The notes below the pieces were generated by a model that worked only from the letters and a program-made list of their open reading frames with translations, was not told where the DNA came from and did not search any database. Positions 63,562 through 64,000 of a DNA stretch of 64,000 nucleotides are shown one piece after another. Each line of letters begins with the position of its first letter. Position 1 is the first letter of the stretch. The translations under genes were made by a program, and so were the position numbers. This stretch comes from an uncultured Acidobacteriota bacterium (GTDB lineage: Bacteria > Acidobacteriota > Terriglobia > Acidiferrales > UBA7541), in contig CAVRAJ010000005.1 of NCBI GenBank assembly GCA_963718945.1, positions 34,037 to 98,036 on the forward strand. Direction: 5' to 3'.

Positions 63562-64000
63562 ATGGCCACAACATTACAGCCGCAAACCGGAGCGAAGCCG
63601 GCTACGAGCCTTTCCAATGAAGAAATTCTTCGCTACAGCCGCCACTTGATCATGCCGGAAGTGGGCATGGAAGGTCAGCTCAAACTGAAAAACGCGAAGG
63701 TCCTGCTGATCGGCACTGGAGGACTTGGCGCACCGCTGGGCCTCTATCTCGCCGCCGCGGGGGTTGGCCGGCTGGGACTCGTTGACTTCGATGTCGTCGA
63801 CTTCACGAATCTTCAGCGGCAAGTCGCTTTTGGCTCGAGTGACGTCGGCAAGCCCAAAACCGAAGCTACGCGCTCACGGCTTTCCAATCTCAACCCCGAC
63901 ATTCAGATCGATACCTTCGAAACAAAACTCACCAGCGAGAACGCGCTCGAGCTTTTCAAGGATTTCGATGTCATCGTCGATGGCACCGACAATTTCCCCA
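63562..64000 (+). CDS. moeZ: ThiF/MoeB-family adenylyltransferase (MoeZ-like), N-terminal part; runs off the right edge
   Basis: ATG 63562. LSNEEILRYSRHLIMPEVGMEGQLKLKNAKVLLIGTGGLGAPLGLYLAAAGVGRLGLVDFDVVDFTNLQRQ is the E1-like nucleotide-binding fold. No stop occurs in the window. Confidence 0.85.
   Translation, partial: MATTLQPQTGAKPATSLSNEEILRYSRHLIMPEVGMEGQLKLKNAKVLLIGTGGLGAPLGLYLAAAGVGRLGLVDFDVVDFTNLQRQVAFGSSDVGKPKTEATRSRLSNLNPDIQIDTFETKLTSENALELFKDFDVIVDGTDNFP

Overview
The window looks like a chromosomal segment from an Acidobacteriota-type genome. The evidence is the high G+C content, an 834-aa 'acidobacterial duplicated orphan permease' (ADOP), a two-gene egtB-egtD cluster and many FtsX/MacB-type permeases. 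I can support about 58 protein-coding genes, most of them housekeeping: trxB, ddl, asnS, ggt, mscL, cyclophilin, proline dehydrogenase, a GH57 glucan enzyme, an ABC-F ATPase and a hybrid histidine kinase. I found no rRNA genes, tRNA genes or CRISPR arrays.

Modules of note, in window order:
1. 1.6-7.1 kb: an iron-uptake locus related to the Campylobacter Ftr1/P19/Fet system. No P19 gene is present. Ftr1 and the Cys-rich DUF2318 module form one polypeptide. The ABC ATPase runs in frame into the remains of a DtxR-type metal sensor that is now spread over three reading frames.
2. 20.1-25.2 kb: egtD-egtB (ergothioneine synthesis) lies divergent to an OpuC-type quaternary-amine ABC importer, a candidate ergothioneine/hercynine transporter.
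3. 26.2-29.1 kb: a type II R-M pair (gamma-class N6-adenine methyltransferase plus a PD-(D/E)XK nuclease) starts about 190 bp downstream of a multiply frameshifted N-terminal relic of the RNA-repair methyltransferase Hen1. It is followed by a repeat-rich non-coding stretch and a Cys-knuckle protein of unknown function.
4. 61.7-64.0 kb: a CysM-Mec(JAMM)-CysO-MoeZ protein-thiocarboxylate cysteine pathway, in which CysO carries six residues after its Gly-Gly end.

Other observations: two palindromic REP-like repeat families, a 26-bp tandem repeat inside an operon, a recurring motif with stop codons in all three frames, two single-base frameshifts (DUF971 gene, arginase), and a roughly 1-kb stretch with no convincing gene.

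I did not find a clear-cut novel multi-gene system. The best candidates for something undescribed are the iron locus with its ATPase-DtxR arrangement, the egt-linked transporter, and the Hen1-relic/R-M/unknown-gene island. All functional calls rest on motif recognition by eye. No database search, HMM scan or GC calculation was run.
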